The notes beneath the pieces were generated by a model. The model had not been told where the DNA came from. It did not search any database and saw nothing but the letters and a program-made list of their open reading frames with translations. Positions 63,748 to 64,000 of a DNA stretch of 64,000 bases are shown piece by piece. Origin of the DNA: Tricharina praecox. Its lineage: Eukaryota. Where the stretch lies: positions 2,604,001-2,668,000 of the forward strand of contig NW_026250403.1 of NCBI RefSeq assembly GCF_024521635.1, given 5' to 3'. Positions within the stretch are counted from its first letter, which is position 1; each line of letters opens with the position of its first letter. Made by a program: the position numbers and the translations under genes.

Positions 63748-63768
63748 CCCCCCCCCCCCCCCCCCCCC
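63748..63768. repeat. Poly(C) tract (21 nt) in a C/pyrimidine-rich region, probably upstream of a plus-strand gene beyond the window
   Basis: Directly visible run, flanked by (TTCC)n and CA-rich tracts like those preceding other genes in the window. Confidence 0.8.
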
Positions 63769-64000
63769 ATCCCTCCCTCCTCTCCCGCTCTTCTTACTCT
63801 AGAGCAGAGTAGTCCCGACTCCCGCCGCCCCCTCCCCCAAAAAGATAATCCCACAACTACCCATATCCTCACCCCCTGGCCAAACCACAATCAATGCCAC
63901 GCCTCACCACAACCTGAGCCCGCTCACACACTCACACACTCACGCTCACACGCTCACACACACACGCTCCCTTGACATTCAAACAGCCCTTCGAAACCCC

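Noticed and set aside
59828..64000. Many 60-250-aa ORFs in the terminal 4 kb
   Set aside because: Low-complexity and microsatellite-derived translations with no coherent exon chain or protein motif.

Overview
Eukaryotic (filamentous ascomycete-type) chromosomal DNA. Genes have short GT..AG introns with CTRAY branch sites, so most entries in the ORF track are exon fragments or antisense shadows. From left to right I can support: the 3' end of FBP1 (missed by the ORF track), a WBP2-like GRAM/PY gene, a YTHDF/Pho92-type m6A reader, HOP1, a 5'-truncated decayed LINE in the HOP1 upstream region, QCR6, GPI18, BLM10, MFAP1, a conserved hypothetical protein, a doubly disrupted DUF4291 pseudogene, dynactin p27, NEO1, an orphan membrane-protein ORF, UAP1, MPP10, RTC3, SWD1, RPB1 and a 2OG-Fe(II) dioxygenase. 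Most of this is housekeeping. I cannot demonstrate a new biological system. The best candidate is a possible meiotic module at 1.7-9.3 kb: a DF-class YTH reader in tandem with HOP1, with a perfect URS1 10-mer and uORFs in front of the reader and a LINE fragment in front of HOP1. A second notable signal is a non-coding enrichment of TACNGTA heptamers that look like Tc1/mariner excision footprints. All gene identities come from my recognition of motifs, not from database searches, and exon boundaries were placed by eye.
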